A DNA stretch of 64,000 nt from NCBI GenBank assembly GCA_039586795.1, contig JBDHJS010000005.1, positions 67,096 through 131,095 of the forward strand. The letters run 5' to 3'. Each line of letters opens with the position of its first letter. Within the stretch, counting starts at the first letter, position 1. The stretch comes from Gemmatimonadota bacterium. GTDB taxonomy: Bacteria > Gemmatimonadota > Gemmatimonadetes > Palauibacterales > KS3-K002. Below are positions 9,995 through 20,218 of this stretch, one piece after another. The translations under genes and the position numbers were made by a program. Under the pieces are notes generated by a model. That model saw nothing but the letters and a program-made list of their open reading frames with translations, had not been told where the DNA came from and did not search any database.

Positions 9995-10816
9995 ATGCTA
10001 CCGGACGTCGCCCACAGGTCACAATCCCAGCTGGTCGCGGAAGTCCTTCTAAACAAAGGAGTTCTGACGCGTATCCAGCTCCAGCAGGCGGCTGCCGACG
10101 CGAAATCGGCGCGCCGCAGCCTCGGCCATTCGCTGGTCTCGCTGGGGCTGATCTCGGAGGCCGCGCTTCTGAAGTTGCTGTCAGCCGTCTACAAGGTCCG
10201 CTCGGCCGATGTGTCCCGGATAAGCCGGATTCCGCCTAGCGTGCTGGAGGCATTGAGCGCCAGCGAGGCAAAGCACAACCTGGCGTTGCCGCTCCGCAGG
10301 AACGGCGGGACGCTGACTGTGGCCGTCGCTAATCCCGCGGATCTGGCGCTGCTGGAAAGGCTCCGCGAGGCGAGCGGCCTGGAGATCGAGCCCGTCGTGG
10401 CGCCGGACTTCGCACTGTTCGACGCGATCAAGAAGTACTACAAACCAGAGAAAACGCCGGGGCCTGCTACCGAGGCAAAGCCCGCACCAGCCGAGGCAAA
10501 GCCAGGACCAGCCGAAGCGAAGCCTGCCACGGCACCGCCAGCCGCTCAGCCCGCGCAAGACGCCCCCGCGGATAATACGGCGCCGGCGCCGCGTTCGAGA
10601 TCGGGCCTGGACAGTTTTCGAGGAATGGACCTGAGCAGCGTGTTCGCGGGCAAGGGACTGTTCCTGGCGGGAGTCGCGATGATCGTACTGGGAGCGATCG
10701 TCATGACTCTTTCATACGAGCCCACCGGCCAGGACACATCTTACTTCATCACCACGGCCCTTCTGTTCGTCGGCATCGCAGCGATCATGCGCGGCTTCTT
10801 TACGCTGGACGACTAG
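9995..10816 (+). CDS. GspE/PilB N-terminal (MshEN/T2SSE_N-like) domain protein with Pro/Ala linker and two C-terminal TM helices, no ATPase
   Basis: VLLNKGVLT..QL / SLGHSLVSLGLISE, ALPLRRNGGTLTVAVANPAD; start uncertain (9977 or 9995). Confidence 0.75.
   Translation: MLPDVAHRSQSQLVAEVLLNKGVLTRIQLQQAAADAKSARRSLGHSLVSLGLISEAALLKLLSAVYKVRSADVSRISRIPPSVLEALSASEAKHNLALPLRRNGGTLTVAVANPADLALLERLREASGLEIEPVVAPDFALFDAIKKYYKPEKTPGPATEAKPAPAEAKPGPAEAKPATAPPAAQPAQDAPADNTAPAPRSRSGLDSFRGMDLSSVFAGKGLFLAGVAMIVLGAIVMTLSYEPTGQDTSYFITTALLFVGIAAIMRGFFTLDD
10470..10534 (+). repeat. In-frame 21-nt imperfect tandem repeat x3 (EAKPAPA/EAKPGPA/EAKPATA)
   Basis: ccgaggcaaagcccgcaccag / ccgaggcaaagccaggaccag / ccgaagcgaagcctgccacgg. 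Confidence 0.8.
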
Positions 10817-12606
10817 CCACCGCCTTCTATTCCGCGTTTTATGGCGAGCTGTTCTTCTGTAGGTTCGGGAAGTGGGCTCAAGCTGAAAGTGTAGCGCGTT
10901 CTCGTCCGCACATTTGTCTCCGACACGATCTCCTCTCCAGCACGACGGTAGACGACCGTAAGCGGTGCGCCGACCGACCGCTCGTATTCCCGCACGAAGT
11001 CAGCACCCCACTCCTCGTCCAGTACGTCGACCGTACCGACGGCGAGCAGTTCATCACCAGGAACGAGCCCGGCGTGCGCCGCGGAGCTGCCCGGCACTAC
11101 CTGGCGCACGATGATGCGATCCTCGCGGTCGGCCCGCACCTGCACGCCAAAGAACGGCTCGACGATCGTATCCTGCCGGAACCGCATACCGGCCAACTCG
11201 AGGGTCTCGCTAAACGGCAGCGGCTCTCGGCCGTCCACGTAGTTGTCGTAGAACTCCCGCGCCGCGTCCGCGCCGATGAACTCGCCTATGTAATCGAGTA
11301 CGTGATCTGTTGTGAAACCGCGGCCCTGCAGATAGCTCTCTCGATAGAGCCGCCTCATCACATCGTCCAGGCTGCTGTTGTTGCCCGTGGCATGACGGAT
11401 CCGAATGTCCAGCAGGAGCCCCAGGAGCCCGCCCTTGGGGTAATAGATGTACTGGTCCACGAACGTCGGCTCGATCCACGTGTTCAGGCTCGCATCTTCG
11501 ACAGCTTCGTGGACCGGCTGAGTCTCGAGGTTCTGAATCGCTTCCCGCATCGCCGCCCAGAACAGATCCGGGAACCACAAGCCCGACCTGACGAGGGTTA
11601 CATACCCATAGTAGTCGGTGATCCCCTCCGACACCCAAAGCAACGGTGTTGGCTGCTCCCGATCGTACTCATAGGGCCACAGCCCCGCCGGACGCATCCG
11701 CTTCACGTTCCACGCGTGGTAGTACTCATGAGCCAGCAACGGATAGACGTTTCCTCGGAAGCTGAAGCGTGGCTGCTGAAAGACGACTGCGGGCATCAGG
11801 TCGAGGTGTGAGTCCGTGTGTTCGAGCCCGGCCAGGAACAAGAACCCTTCATTATCGAGGTAGATCAACGTGGTGTAGCGGTCATACGGCGGTACGCCGT
11901 CGAACATGTCGTGTATGGTGCCCGCGATCTTCTCCAGCGCCTCCATCGCCATCTCCGGCGCCGGGCTGCGCATGTACCGCGCGGGATAGACGGCCAGACG
12001 CGACCATACGCCGTCGACGTGCACACTATCGATGAAGAAGCTGCCGATGAACGTGGGGTTGTCGACCAGCTCATGGTAATCCTGTGCGCGGAACACGAAT
12101 GGGTCGCTCGTGCCGCCCAACTCGGTCGCCACCTTCCAACCCTCTGGCAGTTCGAGGCGGACCTCGGAACTGAAGTCGAATCCCGCCGGCGTTTCCGGAT
12201 AGACGAAGAGATTGGTGCCGTTGAAGAAGCCGAAGTCGTGCCTCAGGAGGCTCATGTCGAGGGCGACGGTCTCTGCGGGATACTCGAAACTGATCGTTAC
12301 TTCCGATGTCCCCGCCGAAATGATGCGCCATGTGTCTTTGTCGACCTTGTCCCACCGCAATGGACGGCCGTCGGCTGACGCTTCGAAGTAACGAACGTGA
12401 CGAGCGTAATCCTCGATCTTGTAGTGGCCAGGCGTCCAGGCCGGCAACGATACGAGCGTAGTATCGCCCTGAGCCGGAACAATTGCCTCCACGCTGTAAA
12501 CTTTGACCGTGGGGTCCTCGACGCGGACGCGATAGCGCACGTCCTGGCTCCACGCGGCCGACGTAACGACGGGAATCGACAGGAAAGCCACAACCCACTT
12601 CTTCAA
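10813..12606 (-). CDS. M61 family (glycyl) aminopeptidase with PDZ domain
   Basis: LPAWTPGHY, GLEH, LAHEYYHAWN (HExxH), LWVSEGITDYY, YYPKG, C-terminal PDZ; TTG start at 12606 after AGGAGG. Confidence 0.92.
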   Translation of the reverse strand: MKKWVVAFLSIPVVTSAAWSQDVRYRVRVEDPTVKVYSVEAIVPAQGDTTLVSLPAWTPGHYKIEDYARHVRYFEASADGRPLRWDKVDKDTWRIISAGTSEVTISFEYPAETVALDMSLLRHDFGFFNGTNLFVYPETPAGFDFSSEVRLELPEGWKVATELGGTSDPFVFRAQDYHELVDNPTFIGSFFIDSVHVDGVWSRLAVYPARYMRSPAPEMAMEALEKIAGTIHDMFDGVPPYDRYTTLIYLDNEGFLFLAGLEHTDSHLDLMPAVVFQQPRFSFRGNVYPLLAHEYYHAWNVKRMRPAGLWPYEYDREQPTPLLWVSEGITDYYGYVTLVRSGLWFPDLFWAAMREAIQNLETQPVHEAVEDASLNTWIEPTFVDQYIYYPKGGLLGLLLDIRIRHATGNNSSLDDVMRRLYRESYLQGRGFTTDHVLDYIGEFIGADAAREFYDNYVDGREPLPFSETLELAGMRFRQDTIVEPFFGVQVRADREDRIIVRQVVPGSSAAHAGLVPGDELLAVGTVDVLDEEWGADFVREYERSVGAPLTVVYRRAGEEIVSETNVRTRTRYTFSLSPLPEPTEEQLAIKRGIEGGG

Positions 12607-12728
12607 CGGCGTCTCCTCCTGGTGTGAGGACCTACAGTCGTTTGCCCCGAGGGAGCGCCGCATCATATTCTTCACTGGCGATCGACGCCAGCATACCCAT
12701 CCTCAAAAAGCCCTGACCGGAGGAACCG

Positions 12729-13580
12729 ATGTTCAGACTCCTCGCCATTGCCGCGTCGGCGGCATTCTGCGCGCTCGCCCTTGGCGGATCCACGTACGCT
12801 CAACAACCCGACTACGAAACGACGCGACTCGCCGAGGGCGTATACCAGTTCAGGTATCAGTCGCACAACGCGATGTTCGTTGCGACAGGTGAGGGCGTCA
12901 TCGCCTTCGATCCGATCTCTGTTGAAGCCGCCAGAATCTACAGGGAAGAGATCGGCCGCGTGACCTCGGAGCCGATCGTGGCCATCGTTTACAGTCACCA
13001 CCACGCCGACCACATCACGGGCGCGGCCGAACTAGCGGCCAACGTTCCGATCTACGCTCACCAGCTGTGCTACGAGAACCTGCTGGTGGAACAGAGTCCC
13101 GACATTCCACTTCCCAACCGCACGTTCTCAGGCGAGATGATGCTGCGGATCGGCGGAAAGGCGATACGGCTGATCTACCTCGGTCGGAACCACAGCGATA
13201 ACTCCATCGTCGCCCATCTGCCGGAACAAGGTATCATCTTCGCCGTAGACTTCGTGTCCAATGGTCGGGTCGGCTACCGCGACCTGCCCGGTTTCTTCCT
13301 CCCGGACTTGTGGGAGTCGCTGGAGCGGATGCAGCAGCTCGAGTACGATCTGGCGATCTTTGGACACGGCGAGCCGGGTACGAAGAGCGACGTCTACGAG
13401 CAGATCAACTACTGGACCGACCTACGGGAAGCCGTCGAATCGATGCTTCGGGCCGGGCTGTCGGAGGACGAGGCGGTTGACGCGATCGAGCTCCCGGCCT
13501 ACTCCGATTGGAGCGGCTACGACGACTGGTTCAAAATGAACGCCCGGACCGTCTTCCAGTACTACGCCGGAATCGAATAG
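12729..13580 (+). CDS. Secreted metallo-beta-lactamase-fold hydrolase
   Basis: Signal peptide; YSHHHADH, NHSD, FAVDF, FGHG. Confidence 0.88.
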   Translation: MFRLLAIAASAAFCALALGGSTYAQQPDYETTRLAEGVYQFRYQSHNAMFVATGEGVIAFDPISVEAARIYREEIGRVTSEPIVAIVYSHHHADHITGAAELAANVPIYAHQLCYENLLVEQSPDIPLPNRTFSGEMMLRIGGKAIRLIYLGRNHSDNSIVAHLPEQGIIFAVDFVSNGRVGYRDLPGFFLPDLWESLERMQQLEYDLAIFGHGEPGTKSDVYEQINYWTDLREAVESMLRAGLSEDEAVDAIELPAYSDWSGYDDWFKMNARTVFQYYAGIE

Positions 13581-13584
13581 ACAG

Positions 13585-14655
13585 ATGGCTCACGTCAGCC
13601 TCCGCGGGCTGAGCAAGCAATTCGACGAGACGCTAGCCGTCGACGATCTCGACCTGGAGGTCGCCGACGGCGAGTTCGTCGTGCTGGTCGGCCCATCGGG
13701 CTCCGGCAAGACAACGGCGCTGCGCCTCTTAGCGGGACTCGAGCGACCGACAGGTGGCACGATTCACATCGGCGATCGCGACGTTACAGACGTTCCGCCA
13801 AAGGAACGTGATATCGCTATGGTGTTTCAGAACTACGCGCTCTATCCCCACATGAGCGTGTACGCCAACATGGCGTTCGGCCTGCAGGTCCGACGATTCA
13901 AGAAGGACGAAATCGATTCCCGCGTCCGCGAGGCGGCCGACATCCTCGGGATTGGGGATCTGCTGGGCAGAAAACCCGGCCAGTTGTCCGGGGGTCAGCG
14001 ACAGCGGACCGCTTTGGGCCGTACCATCGTACGCCACCCGCAGGTCTTTTTGTTCGACGAGCCGCTTTCGAACCTGGACGCCGGACTGCGCGTCGAGATG
14101 CGTGCCGAGCTCTCCCAGCTGCATCGGCGATTGAACGCGACGATCCTCTACGTTACGCACGATCAAATCGAAGCGATGACGATGGGCCAACGCATCGCGA
14201 TCATGAACGAGGGCCGCCTTCAACAGTGCGCCGAGCCCCTCGAAGTCTACCGCAAACCCGCCAACCGATTTGTCGCCAGCTTCATCGGATCGCCGGCAAT
14301 CAACTTCTTCGACGGCACGCTCGAGAGCGCCGACGGCGGCTGGCGGTTCACGGCAAGCTCTTTCCAACTCCAACTTCCTTTGAACGGCGAACCGCCCGTC
14401 GGGGCGGTTACGCTGGGAGCGCGGCCGGAGGACTTGAAGCTCGGTGACCGGGGGACGTTCGACGCCATCGTACGTGTAGTCGAGCCAGTCGGCAGCGAAA
14501 TGTACGTGCACCTCGACTGCCCCGACGGCGCCCGGGCGGTGGCCCGCGTACCGGCAGACCAGACGGTGTCGGTGGATGAGCAGGTGGGCGTCGAGATTCC
14601 AGCGGTCAGCGTGCATCTCTTCCGACAGGACTCAGGCGAGCGGATCGGCCCATGA
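13585..14655 (+). CDS. Sugar ABC transporter ATP-binding protein (MalK/UgpC type)
   Basis: GPSGSGKTT, MVFQNYALYPHM, LSGGQRQR, FDEPLSNLDA, C-terminal TOBE region. Confidence 0.95.
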   Translation: MAHVSLRGLSKQFDETLAVDDLDLEVADGEFVVLVGPSGSGKTTALRLLAGLERPTGGTIHIGDRDVTDVPPKERDIAMVFQNYALYPHMSVYANMAFGLQVRRFKKDEIDSRVREAADILGIGDLLGRKPGQLSGGQRQRTALGRTIVRHPQVFLFDEPLSNLDAGLRVEMRAELSQLHRRLNATILYVTHDQIEAMTMGQRIAIMNEGRLQQCAEPLEVYRKPANRFVASFIGSPAINFFDGTLESADGGWRFTASSFQLQLPLNGEPPVGAVTLGARPEDLKLGDRGTFDAIVRVVEPVGSEMYVHLDCPDGARAVARVPADQTVSVDEQVGVEIPAVSVHLFRQDSGERIGP

Positions 14656-15968
14656 GCTTGGGTCAACGTTCAGGACTTTCGGCCACGCTGCTAAGCGTGG
14701 TTTGCATCGGCGTGATGGCGTGCGGCTGCGAATCGAATCGGGGCGACCGAACGGTGCTGCGGGTGATGGCTTGGGCGGGCCCAGACGAGCGGGCGATCGA
14801 GCAGCGCGTCATCGATCGGTTTCTGGTCGATCACCCGGACATCGAGATCGAGTTCGAGTCGATCTCGGCCAACTATCGAGAACGGTTGCTCACCTCGATC
14901 GTCGCGGGGACGCCGCCCGACGTAGCGCTCCTGGATAACGGCTCGTTTGGCGCAGCGCCGTTCATCTCCCGGGACTTGCTGGTCAACGTCGCGCCTTACC
15001 TGGATCGCATCGGTGTCGACACCTCCGCCTACTACGGAGAGGTGCTGTCGATCTTTCGCCGACCCGGCGGCCTGTACGCTTTCCCTAAGGACTTCAACCC
15101 CATCGTCTTCTACTTGAACGTGGATTTGTTCGAGGAAGCCGGTGTCCCCCTGCCCGACACGACCTGGACCTGGGACGATTTCCTCGACATCGCTGTGAAG
15201 CTCACACGTGACGTGGACGGCGACGGGAGGAACGACACCTTCGGCACGCGGGTGCCACGCAATTTTTTCCTCTGGCAGCCCTGGGTATGGGCGGCAGGCG
15301 GCGATGTTCTGAGCCCGGATGGCCTTAGGGCCAGCGGCTATCTCGATAGTCCCGAGACCGAGGCGGCGATTCAATTCCTTGCCGATCTGATCACCGTGCA
15401 CGACGTCGTGCCCAGCGTCGATGTGCAACGTCAGTTGACGGGGCTGGAGCGCAACTTCTTTCTCACCGGTCGCATCGGCATGGTGACCAGCGGCCACTGG
15501 TGGCTTCCCAGAATCCGTCCGTACATCGACGACGGGCGGGTCAGGGTCGCGGTGTTACCCCCACCCCGTTACGAGGACCGCGAGCCGGTGACGGTGATCT
15601 ACGCGGCGGGCTGGGCCGTGCCGCACAACACGCGGCACAAGAAGCTGGCGATCGAGTTGGCAGCGCACCTGTCATCGGTAGAGGCGCAGCGGATGCGTGC
15701 CGAGTACGGCCTCGCCATTCCGTCTATTCGGCAGGCGCACGAAGAGTTTGCCGCAGCCGATACTTACGGCCTGGAGGAAGCCTTCCTGTTCGCGGCGCGC
15801 AACGGCCGTATGTCCTGGGGCTCCTCGGTGGAGGACTGGGCGCACGTCGAGGTTCAGATGCCCGACATCTTCGACCGGGTAATCTTCGAGGGTGAGCCAC
15901 TGCACGATGTGACGATCGAGATCGCTCGCCGCATCGATGAGATACTGGCGACGCCGGGAACACGCTGA
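14652..15968 (+). CDS. Sugar ABC transporter substrate-binding lipoprotein
   Basis: Cys lipobox (MACGC), AGTPPDV, FYLNVDLFEEAGVPLP, WTWDDF; operon context. Confidence 0.9.
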   Translation: MSLGQRSGLSATLLSVVCIGVMACGCESNRGDRTVLRVMAWAGPDERAIEQRVIDRFLVDHPDIEIEFESISANYRERLLTSIVAGTPPDVALLDNGSFGAAPFISRDLLVNVAPYLDRIGVDTSAYYGEVLSIFRRPGGLYAFPKDFNPIVFYLNVDLFEEAGVPLPDTTWTWDDFLDIAVKLTRDVDGDGRNDTFGTRVPRNFFLWQPWVWAAGGDVLSPDGLRASGYLDSPETEAAIQFLADLITVHDVVPSVDVQRQLTGLERNFFLTGRIGMVTSGHWWLPRIRPYIDDGRVRVAVLPPPRYEDREPVTVIYAAGWAVPHNTRHKKLAIELAAHLSSVEAQRMRAEYGLAIPSIRQAHEEFAAADTYGLEEAFLFAARNGRMSWGSSVEDWAHVEVQMPDIFDRVIFEGEPLHDVTIEIARRIDEILATPGTR

Positions 15969-15972
15969 CACG

Positions 15973-18159
15973 ATGAAACGGCTGCGCGCGTCCCTCCTGC
16001 TACTCGTCGCTCTCCCCGCCCTGGCCTTCGCCGTGGCTGGCATCGCGGTGGTAGTCAGCAGTCGAGCTTCGCTTCAGCCCGTGCTGGATCGGCACGCCGC
16101 GACCCGTGCCGCTGAGTATTTTCGGTACTACAGATCGAGCCGCCTGGCGGAGATGCCCGAGTCACTCGACCGACTCGAGGCTGGGGCCGCGGAACTGGAT
16201 GTCGAGCGCTACACCATCTACGACGATGCGGGCCGCGTTACCGAAACGTACCCACTCAACGCGCCACCGCTGCCGCTCGCCATCGATACGGAACAGAGCG
16301 CGCCGATGCTGGATGCCGCCCGGCGTGGCCACGCCGTTCTGGACCTGATGGCCATCGACGGCCAGCCCGTATGGCTCGCTTACTTGCCCGGAAACGAGCA
16401 GATCGCCGTCGTGCTGCGAGACGTTAGCCCGGAGCTGGCGGAGAGATTCGCAGAGCGCACCGGCTATGATCTGGCGCTTTACCTGGACGCTTCCCTCGTG
16501 CAGGCGAGCGGTGGAAGCTTTGTCGAGGCGCTCCCTGCGACGCTGACCGACTCGCTCGCAAGCTTCGATCGCGCGCTTGCCGTGGAGCTTGCCCGTGCAC
16601 CGATTGCCGTGGCGCCGATTAAGGACTTCGACGATTGGGATGCGACGGGTGCAGTCGTCGTTCGAGCGGGCGAAGGTGCGCCGCTGCCGCCCCCGCCGTC
16701 GCTTCCAAACGCGCCCATCGCTCCAATGTCTGCGCTGGTACTCGCCGCGGCGGCGACCCTTCTCATCGTCTGGCGGGTCACTCGCACTTCAAGTACGGAA
16801 CGCCGCGCGCAGAACCTTCGTCGCGGCTTTGCCATCGCCTTGGCCCCCCCGGCGCTGGCGGCCTTCTGGTTGGTCCAAGCGGATGCTGAGATGTCGGCTC
16901 GGGCCACCGACGCGATGATCGAGGTCAGCTACCGCTGCATCACCCTTATGACCATCGAGGAACCTGACAGCATACCCGCGAACGTCGCCGCCGCATTCCT
17001 GGGAACCGATCTGGTGGTCACCGACGGGCCGACGGTCCTCGAGGCCAGCCGACCGGAACTCGCCACAGCAGACTACTCGGGTCTCGAACCTGGTATCGGA
17101 CGCGCGAACGTCGCCGGGCGTCGAATGGCCTACGCGAAAACAGAGGGCGGCGGAGCCTGGCCCATCCTGTTGACGACGCCGCTGGAGGATGCTCGCAAGA
17201 CCACCCTCTTCTGGCTTGCCGGGCTCTACGGACTGCTCGCCGTCGGCGTGCTGATCTACGCCAGCCTCGCCTTCGCGGCGGAGAACGCGATCGAGCTCAG
17301 AGAAGCGAAGACGGCCTGGCGATTCGTGTCGCCATCGATGATTCTGCTGTTGCTGTTCTCCGCGGCGCCGCTGCTCTTCGCCTTCTACTTGAGCTTCCAC
17401 CGCTGGAACCTGTTGGAGCCGGCGAAGCCGTTCGTCGGCCTGGATCACTACATCGATCTGGCGCGGGACGGACTGTTTTGGAACGCGGCGAAGAACACGG
17501 CGATCTATTCTCTCTATGTACCGGCGACGATGGTCTTTGCGCTGGCGGTCGCCATCCTGCTTAACCGAAAGATCAAGGGCGTGGCGCTGCTGCGCGCTGT
17601 CTTCTTCTTGCCGTACATCACGAGCTTCGTTGCGATCTCGATCGTCTGGCAATGGATGTACGATCCGGATTTCGGGTTGTTCAACTGGTCGCTGGGCCTC
17701 GTCGGCCTGGGGCCGTTCCCGTGGCTCAACAGTCCGTCGACGGCGCTGCTGGCGCTGATCATCATGGCCGTGTGGATCCACATCGGTTTCCAGATGATCA
17801 TCTTCCTGGCGGGGCTACAAGCGATACCCGGCGAGTTCTATGAAGCGGCGATGATCGACGGCGCGGGCCCCTGGCGCCGTTTCTGGCGGATCACGCTGCC
17901 GCTCTTGAAGCCGACTACGTTCTTCGTGCTGGTCACTTCGATCATCGGGTCGTTTCAAGTATTCACGTTCGTCTACGTGATGACGGAAGGTGGGCCATTG
18001 CATGCGACCGATGTCATCGTCTACCACATCTACCAGAACGCCTGGCAGTTCCTGCGCATGGGCTACGCATCGGCGATGAGCTGGGTGCTGTTCGCGGTGA
18101 TCTTCGTGATCACCCTACTGCAGTTCAGGTTCCTGGGCAGAAGAACGGCACCTAGCTGA
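15973..18159 (+). CDS. Sugar ABC permease (MalF-type core) with about 440-aa N-terminal membrane/periplasmic extension
   Basis: Core from about 17290: FFLPYITS, FLAGLQAIP, EAAMIDGAGPWRRFWRITLP, MGYASA; single uninterrupted ORF. Confidence 0.88.
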   Translation: MKRLRASLLLLVALPALAFAVAGIAVVVSSRASLQPVLDRHAATRAAEYFRYYRSSRLAEMPESLDRLEAGAAELDVERYTIYDDAGRVTETYPLNAPPLPLAIDTEQSAPMLDAARRGHAVLDLMAIDGQPVWLAYLPGNEQIAVVLRDVSPELAERFAERTGYDLALYLDASLVQASGGSFVEALPATLTDSLASFDRALAVELARAPIAVAPIKDFDDWDATGAVVVRAGEGAPLPPPPSLPNAPIAPMSALVLAAAATLLIVWRVTRTSSTERRAQNLRRGFAIALAPPALAAFWLVQADAEMSARATDAMIEVSYRCITLMTIEEPDSIPANVAAAFLGTDLVVTDGPTVLEASRPELATADYSGLEPGIGRANVAGRRMAYAKTEGGGAWPILLTTPLEDARKTTLFWLAGLYGLLAVGVLIYASLAFAAENAIELREAKTAWRFVSPSMILLLLFSAAPLLFAFYLSFHRWNLLEPAKPFVGLDHYIDLARDGLFWNAAKNTAIYSLYVPATMVFALAVAILLNRKIKGVALLRAVFFLPYITSFVAISIVWQWMYDPDFGLFNWSLGLVGLGPFPWLNSPSTALLALIIMAVWIHIGFQMIIFLAGLQAIPGEFYEAAMIDGAGPWRRFWRITLPLLKPTTFFVLVTSIIGSFQVFTFVYVMTEGGPLHATDVIVYHIYQNAWQFLRMGYASAMSWVLFAVIFVITLLQFRFLGRRTAPS

Positions 18160-19007
18160 TGAGCGAGCGGGCAGCAGCAACGGTCGCACGGCGTCGCGCC
18201 GTGAACGTCACCACCTACGGGTTGGCGATTGCGCTGGGCATCTCGATGCTGGTGCCATTCCTCTGGATGGTCTCCACGTCGCTGATGGACGAGTTCGAGG
18301 TTTTTCGCTTCCCACCCCAGCTGGTGCCCGGCGATCCGACTTGGAGCAACTACCCGCACGCGCTCACCGCCGCGCCGTTCGCCCGTTTCTTTCTCAATTC
18401 GGCGGTGATGTCGCTGTTCATGGTGACCGGCCATCTGTTCACCGCGGCGACGGCGGGCTACGCATTCGCGCGCCTCCGCTTCCCGGGCCGCGACAAAGTG
18501 TTCATCCTCTTCCTCGCGAACTTGATGGTGCCGGTCATCGTCTTATTGATCCCGCGTTTCTTACTGATCAACGCGATAGGGTGGGTGGACACGTACATGG
18601 GCCTCATCATCACCGAACTGGTCAGCGTGTGGGGAATCTTCCTGATGAGGCAGTACTTCCTGTCGATCCCACGGGACCTGGAGGACGCTGCTCGCATCGA
18701 TGGAGCGAACGAATGGCAGGTGTTTTGGAACGTCGCGCTGCCGCTGGCCAAGCCGGCGCTGGCGACCGTCGCCCTGTTTTCGTTCGTCGAGACATGGAAG
18801 AGCTTTCTGTGGCCGCTCATCGTCACTCGCTCGATGGCGATGCGGCCGGTAGAGGTGGGTATCGCCGCCTTCCATGGCCTGTACTACAGCAACTGGCCCT
18901 ACCAGATGGCCGCCGCCGTGGTGGCGGTGGTTCCCATCCTCCTGCTCTTCCTGTTCACGCAACGCTACTTCGTTCGCGGGATCCAACTCGCCGGGCTCAA
19001 GGGCTAG
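18159..19007 (+). CDS. Sugar ABC permease (MalG type)
   Basis: AGYAFARLRFPGR, IPRDLEDAARIDGA, SFLWPLIV, QRYFVRGI. Confidence 0.95.
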   Translation: MSERAAATVARRRAVNVTTYGLAIALGISMLVPFLWMVSTSLMDEFEVFRFPPQLVPGDPTWSNYPHALTAAPFARFFLNSAVMSLFMVTGHLFTAATAGYAFARLRFPGRDKVFILFLANLMVPVIVLLIPRFLLINAIGWVDTYMGLIITELVSVWGIFLMRQYFLSIPRDLEDAARIDGANEWQVFWNVALPLAKPALATVALFSFVETWKSFLWPLIVTRSMAMRPVEVGIAAFHGLYYSNWPYQMAAAVVAVVPILLLFLFTQRYFVRGIQLAGLKG

Positions 19008-19108
19008 TCCCGGGCGGCAAGCCGACAGGCTCAGACTGTTCCGCACGGCTCGCGCTGGCTAGTATTTGGCCGACCGATGCCACTTAGTAGAGCTGAGAAG
19101 AGCGCTGA

Positions 19109-20218
19109 ATGGCGAATTCGTTGACCATCGTTCAAGTCATGGGTCGTCTTGGGATTGGCGGCGTGGAATCACACGTGACTCGCTTGTCCGCCGGGCTGGT
19201 GGACCGCGGGCACACGGTGCTGCTCGTCGTGCAAGATCCGGACGATCATGGCGACGACGCGAGAGCGTTGGGCATCGACCTGGTGACCGCGGCGCTCAAC
19301 CGCGAGGGTCTGGTGCGCGCCATCGAAACGCTGCGCCCGCTGGACGTCCACATCGTTCACGCCCACAACTATCGACCAGCCCGCTTCGGAGCGCCGCTCG
19401 CCTATGGCCTGAACGTGCCTTACCTCATGTCGGTGCACGGCCCCCGGGCGATGTGGAAGCGTGCGTTGTTCGTCGATTGGAGCGATAGGGTCCTCACCGC
19501 CAGTGAAGCGGATAGAGACAACATTCGTGGGGCATTTGGGGTGCGGGGTAAACGGATCGAGGTCGGCTTCTACGGCGTCGACACCGAGCGTTATCGACCG
19601 GGACTCGGTTCCTCAGCGCTTCGAGACGAGTGGGGCGTGCCGGTGGATGTGCCGTTGGTTCTGAACGTCAGCCGGTTCACGCATCGCAAAGCGCGTCCCG
19701 CCCTCATGCTGATCGAAGCGCTGCCAGAGATACGAAAAGCGGTACCCGGCACGCTAGCCGTCTTCGTAGGCGCCGGCGAGAGGTTGGAGCGGATAGTAGC
19801 GGCGGCGGAACGCCTGAACGCCAGTTTGGGCGAGCGCGTTGCGATCGTCGCCGGCCCGCGCACCGACATCCCGGCAGTGATGAACGCTGCGGATGTCGTG
19901 GTCGCGACGGCCACAACGGCCAGCGAGTCTTTGGCAACGTCGTCTCCGACAATAGCGTTCGGGCGCACCGGTTACTTCGGCATCGTCACACCGGACAGTT
20001 ACGAGGCCGCCCGAGCCGTGTGCTTTGCCGATCACGGCCGCCTTCCCAAGACCACCACCTCGGGATTTGCGGCTGATGTGATAAGGCTGTTGTCCGATCT
20101 GCCGGCGGCGCGCCAGGCGGCCGGCGCGGTCCGCCAGATCATCGCAGCCAAGTACACCGTGGACCACATGATCGATCACATCGAGGGCGTTTATCGCAGC
20201 GTGATCGGGGCGGCCTGA
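19109..20218 (+). CDS. GT4-family glycosyltransferase
   Basis: IGGVESHV, IVHAHN, YGVDTERYRP, GPRTDIPAVMNAAD. Confidence 0.85.
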   Translation: MANSLTIVQVMGRLGIGGVESHVTRLSAGLVDRGHTVLLVVQDPDDHGDDARALGIDLVTAALNREGLVRAIETLRPLDVHIVHAHNYRPARFGAPLAYGLNVPYLMSVHGPRAMWKRALFVDWSDRVLTASEADRDNIRGAFGVRGKRIEVGFYGVDTERYRPGLGSSALRDEWGVPVDVPLVLNVSRFTHRKARPALMLIEALPEIRKAVPGTLAVFVGAGERLERIVAAAERLNASLGERVAIVAGPRTDIPAVMNAADVVVATATTASESLATSSPTIAFGRTGYFGIVTPDSYEAARAVCFADHGRLPKTTTSGFAADVIRLLSDLPAARQAAGAVRQIIAAKYTVDHMIDHIEGVYRSVIGAA

